Shown in pieces: positions 61,911-64,000 of a stretch of DNA of 64,000 nucleotides. A program made the translations under genes and the position numbers. Every line of letters starts with the position of its first letter. Position 1 is the stretch's first letter. The notes beneath the pieces are model-generated. The model searched no databases, had not been told where the DNA came from, and was given only the letters and a program-made list of their open reading frames with translations. The stretch is from Candidatus Poriferisodalis sp. (GTDB lineage: Bacteria > Actinomycetota > Acidimicrobiia > Acidimicrobiales > Poriferisodalaceae): contig NZ_OZ241975.1 in the NCBI RefSeq assembly GCF_965204195.1, forward strand, positions 1,401,184 through 1,465,183, given 5' to 3'.

Positions 61911-62962
61911 GGCACGCCGGTCGTGTCGGCTGGTGTGGGCGGGGTGCGCGCTGTGCAGTTGAGTGTCGGTGTGGGGGCGTCTGCTGTGGTGACGGTCACG
62001 TGCACCCACAGCGGCCACGACCCCGCCACGGCGACAGCGACGTTCGCGGCCGCCGCAGCAGGCGGCTGCGGGGATCCGCTGGGAACGCTGAGCGTCGGCA
62101 GCGTGACGCGCAGCGGCACGATCGCCGCCGATACGGCGTGCACCTCGCCTCAGCGTGTGCGCGACGGCGGCGACGCCAAGCGGTACTGGGCGCGCCGTCA
62201 CACCTTCACGCTGGCCGCCCCGACGAAGATCACCATCGACGCCGGCTCGCCGACACGACGCGGCCTCGACGCCTATGTGGTGCTGCTGGAAGGCCACAGC
62301 AGCGACGGCACCGGCACCGTGGCAGGCCGCGACAACAACTCAGGGCCCCGCCGCGACGCCCGCCTGGCCGCACTGGTGCTGCCCGCAGGCGACTACACCA
62401 TCGAGGTCACCACCGCCAACAAACGCCGCACCGGCAACTACCGGCTCCAGGTCACCACAGCGGCCGCGTCCGCGGCATGCACCGACGACCTAGGCACGCT
62501 GGCCGCGGGCCGCTACACACGCACCGGCACCATCACCGACACCTGCGTGTCCACACGCCGCGGCACCCCCACAGGCCGACCCGGGGCGCGCTGGCACACC
62601 TTCACCCTCGACGCCCCCGCCTGGGTCGACATCGACCTCGCCAAAACAACCGGCAGCCCCCTGGACCCCTACCTGGCGCTCATCGGCGCCGACAACGGCA
62701 CACCCACCACCATCGAGCAAGACGACAACAGCGGCACCGGCAACACAGCACACATACAAGGCCGGTATCTCGAAGCCGGCACCTACACCATCGAAACCAC
62801 CGCCGCCACACCCACCGGCACCACCAGCACCGGGGCATACACCCTCACCGTCACCATCCCCATCCACGGCCTCCCCCAAACCATCAACGCCACCGTCGAC
62901 GAGCAAACCACCATCAACTTCACCTACTGGCCCACCAACGCCAGAATCGACGCACGATCAGA
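61911..62962. repeat. Dispersed repeat copy 2 (PPC-domain region), paired with 57894..58945
   Basis: See copy 1. Alternative-frame ORFs (58138..58476 vs 62155..62493) are also identical, which supports nucleotide identity. Confidence 0.85.
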
Positions 62963-63046
62963 AGACCTCGCGTTTGCGTTTCGGGCAACGAATGGAGTGT
63001 CGGTGCTCGCGCCGTCAATCACGGCACCAGACCGTCACACAATCGC

Positions 63047-63054
63047 GTTGACTA
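63047..63054. repeat. Target-site duplication half (GTTGACTA) next to IRL of IS copy 3
   Basis: Matches the 8-mer flanking IRR of IS copy 1 (39715..39722, reverse complement). Confidence 0.8.
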
Positions 63055-64000
63055 GGGCCTGTCAGGAATTTTGTGTATCGGGCGTGATCTGAGGGTCCGC
63101 AGCCGGGGGCTGTGGGCTGGAGAGGATCATGTCTGTGACTGATCATGACATGCCGGCTGTGCCGGCGAGCGAGGCTGCCGGCGAGGCGGCGATGGCCGAC
63201 TGGGCCGAGCAGCTGGTGGCCCAGGCCCGCGCTGAGGGCGTGGAGCTGACCGGTGACGGTGGCCTGTTGACCGGGCTGGTGCGCCAGGTGCTCCAGACCG
63301 GTCTCGAGGTCGAGATGACCGAGCATCTGGGCTATGAGCGTCACGCTCCTGAGGGCCGCGGCACCCCGAACTCGCGCAACGGGTCGACGCCCAAGCGGGT
63401 GACGACCGAGATCGGCGAGGTCGACCTGGCGGTGCCGCGTGACCGGGCGGGCACCTTCGAGCCGACCACGGTGCCCAAGCACCGGCGCCGTCTCGACGGG
63501 CTGTCGGGCAACGTGATCAGCCTCTATGCGAAGGGGCTCACCACCGGGGAGATCCAGGACCATCTAGCAGAGATCTACGACACCTCGGTGAGCCGGGAGA
63601 CGATCTCGAAGATCACCGACGAGATCGTCGCCGACATGGCGGTGTGGCAGAACCGGCCCCTTGAGCCGGTCTACGCCGTGCTGCTGATCGACGCGATCGT
63701 CATCAAGGTCCGCGACTCCCAGGTCGCCAACCGGCCCGTCTATGTCGCCATCGGCGTCGATCTCGCCGGCGAGCGCGACGTGCTGGGCCTGTGGCTGGGC
63801 CCCGCAGGCGGCGAGGGCGCCAAGCAGTGGGCAGCGATGCTGACCGAGCTGAGAAACCGAGGCCTCGCTGACGCGTTGATCGTGTGCTGCGACGGGCTGC
63901 GGGGCCTGCCCGAGTCGATCCGGGCGACCTGGCCCCAGGCCACGGTGCAGACCTGCGTGGTGCACATGGTCCGCAACAGCCTCCGCTACGCCTCCAAACG
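63055..64000 (+). mobile_element. IS256-family insertion sequence, copy 3 (partial; runs off the window)
   Basis: Identical to copy 2 from the IRL onward for all 946 nt visible. Confidence 0.9.
63129..64000 (+). CDS. IS256-family transposase, 5' part (3' end outside window)
   Basis: ATG 63129 at the same offset (74 nt) from the IRL as in copy 2. Absent from the ORF track because it has no stop within the window. Confidence 0.9.
   Translation, partial: MSVTDHDMPAVPASEAAGEAAMADWAEQLVAQARAEGVELTGDGGLLTGLVRQVLQTGLEVEMTEHLGYERHAPEGRGTPNSRNGSTPKRVTTEIGEVDLAVPRDRAGTFEPTTVPKHRRRLDGLSGNVISLYAKGLTTGEIQDHLAEIYDTSVSRETISKITDEIVADMAVWQNRPLEPVYAVLLIDAIVIKVRDSQVANRPVYVAIGVDLAGERDVLGLWLGPAGGEGAKQWAAMLTELRNRGLADALIVCCDGLRGLPESIRATWPQATVQTCVVHMVRNSLRYASK

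Larger units (their letters stand above)
61911..63054 (+). pseudogene. 5'/middle fragment of large PPC-domain protein gene B, cut by IS copy 3; continues in frame at 39714..38351
   Basis: Homology to gene A begins abruptly at 61911 and runs to about 62962. The ORF reads into the IS IRL at 63055. Confidence 0.75.

Noticed and set aside
57894-62962. Diversity-generating retroelement (template/variable repeat pair)
   Set aside because: No reverse transcriptase gene is present. The differences between the two copies are not adenine-specific and are concentrated at one end rather than scattered.

Overview
High-GC, Actinomycetota-like chromosomal window (mshD, menA/menG, many 4-nt ATGA/GTGA start-stop overlaps). 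The genus cannot be assigned from sequence alone.

**1-25 kb, mostly core or catabolic genes:** CoA-transferase, metY, a fatty-acid/ketone degradation block (tesB, three acyl-CoA dehydrogenases, enoyl-CoA hydratase, a Baeyer-Villiger monooxygenase) interrupted by a higB-higA-hicB-like cluster, an amidase / hydantoinase-like / rhodanese / dimethylformamidase-like block, and modABC.

**25-35 kb:**
- A visibly AT-richer single-polypeptide Type IIG/IIL-like restriction-modification gene.
- A frameshifted DUF418 gene.
- A Zn-ADH.
- An AhpD/CMD-family gene with an in-frame TGA at the second Cys of its CxxC motif, followed by a SECIS-like hairpin (candidate selenoprotein).
- Two tandem thioesterase-like paralogues, menA and ybaK.

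**35-64 kb, accessory and rearranged:**
- Three identical IS256-family copies.
- Two diverged copies of a cassette: a large PPC-domain protein carrying an unassigned ~440-aa C-terminal domain, plus secreted or lipoprotein-like partners.
- A complete but atypical Tad/Flp pilus locus with long 'TLEW' Flp-like pilins, a TadE-Calx-beta fusion and a degenerate TadZ.
- citE, nth, rlmN (with a 30-bp in-frame tandem repeat), mshD and menG.

An 8-bp target-site duplication (GTTGACTA) split between IS copy 1 and IS copy 3, together with an in-frame reconstruction of the interrupted gene, shows that about 22 kb between these copies has been inverted.

Gene starts in this GC-rich DNA are often uncertain. 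Many long antisense or alternative-frame ORFs in the track are judged spurious.
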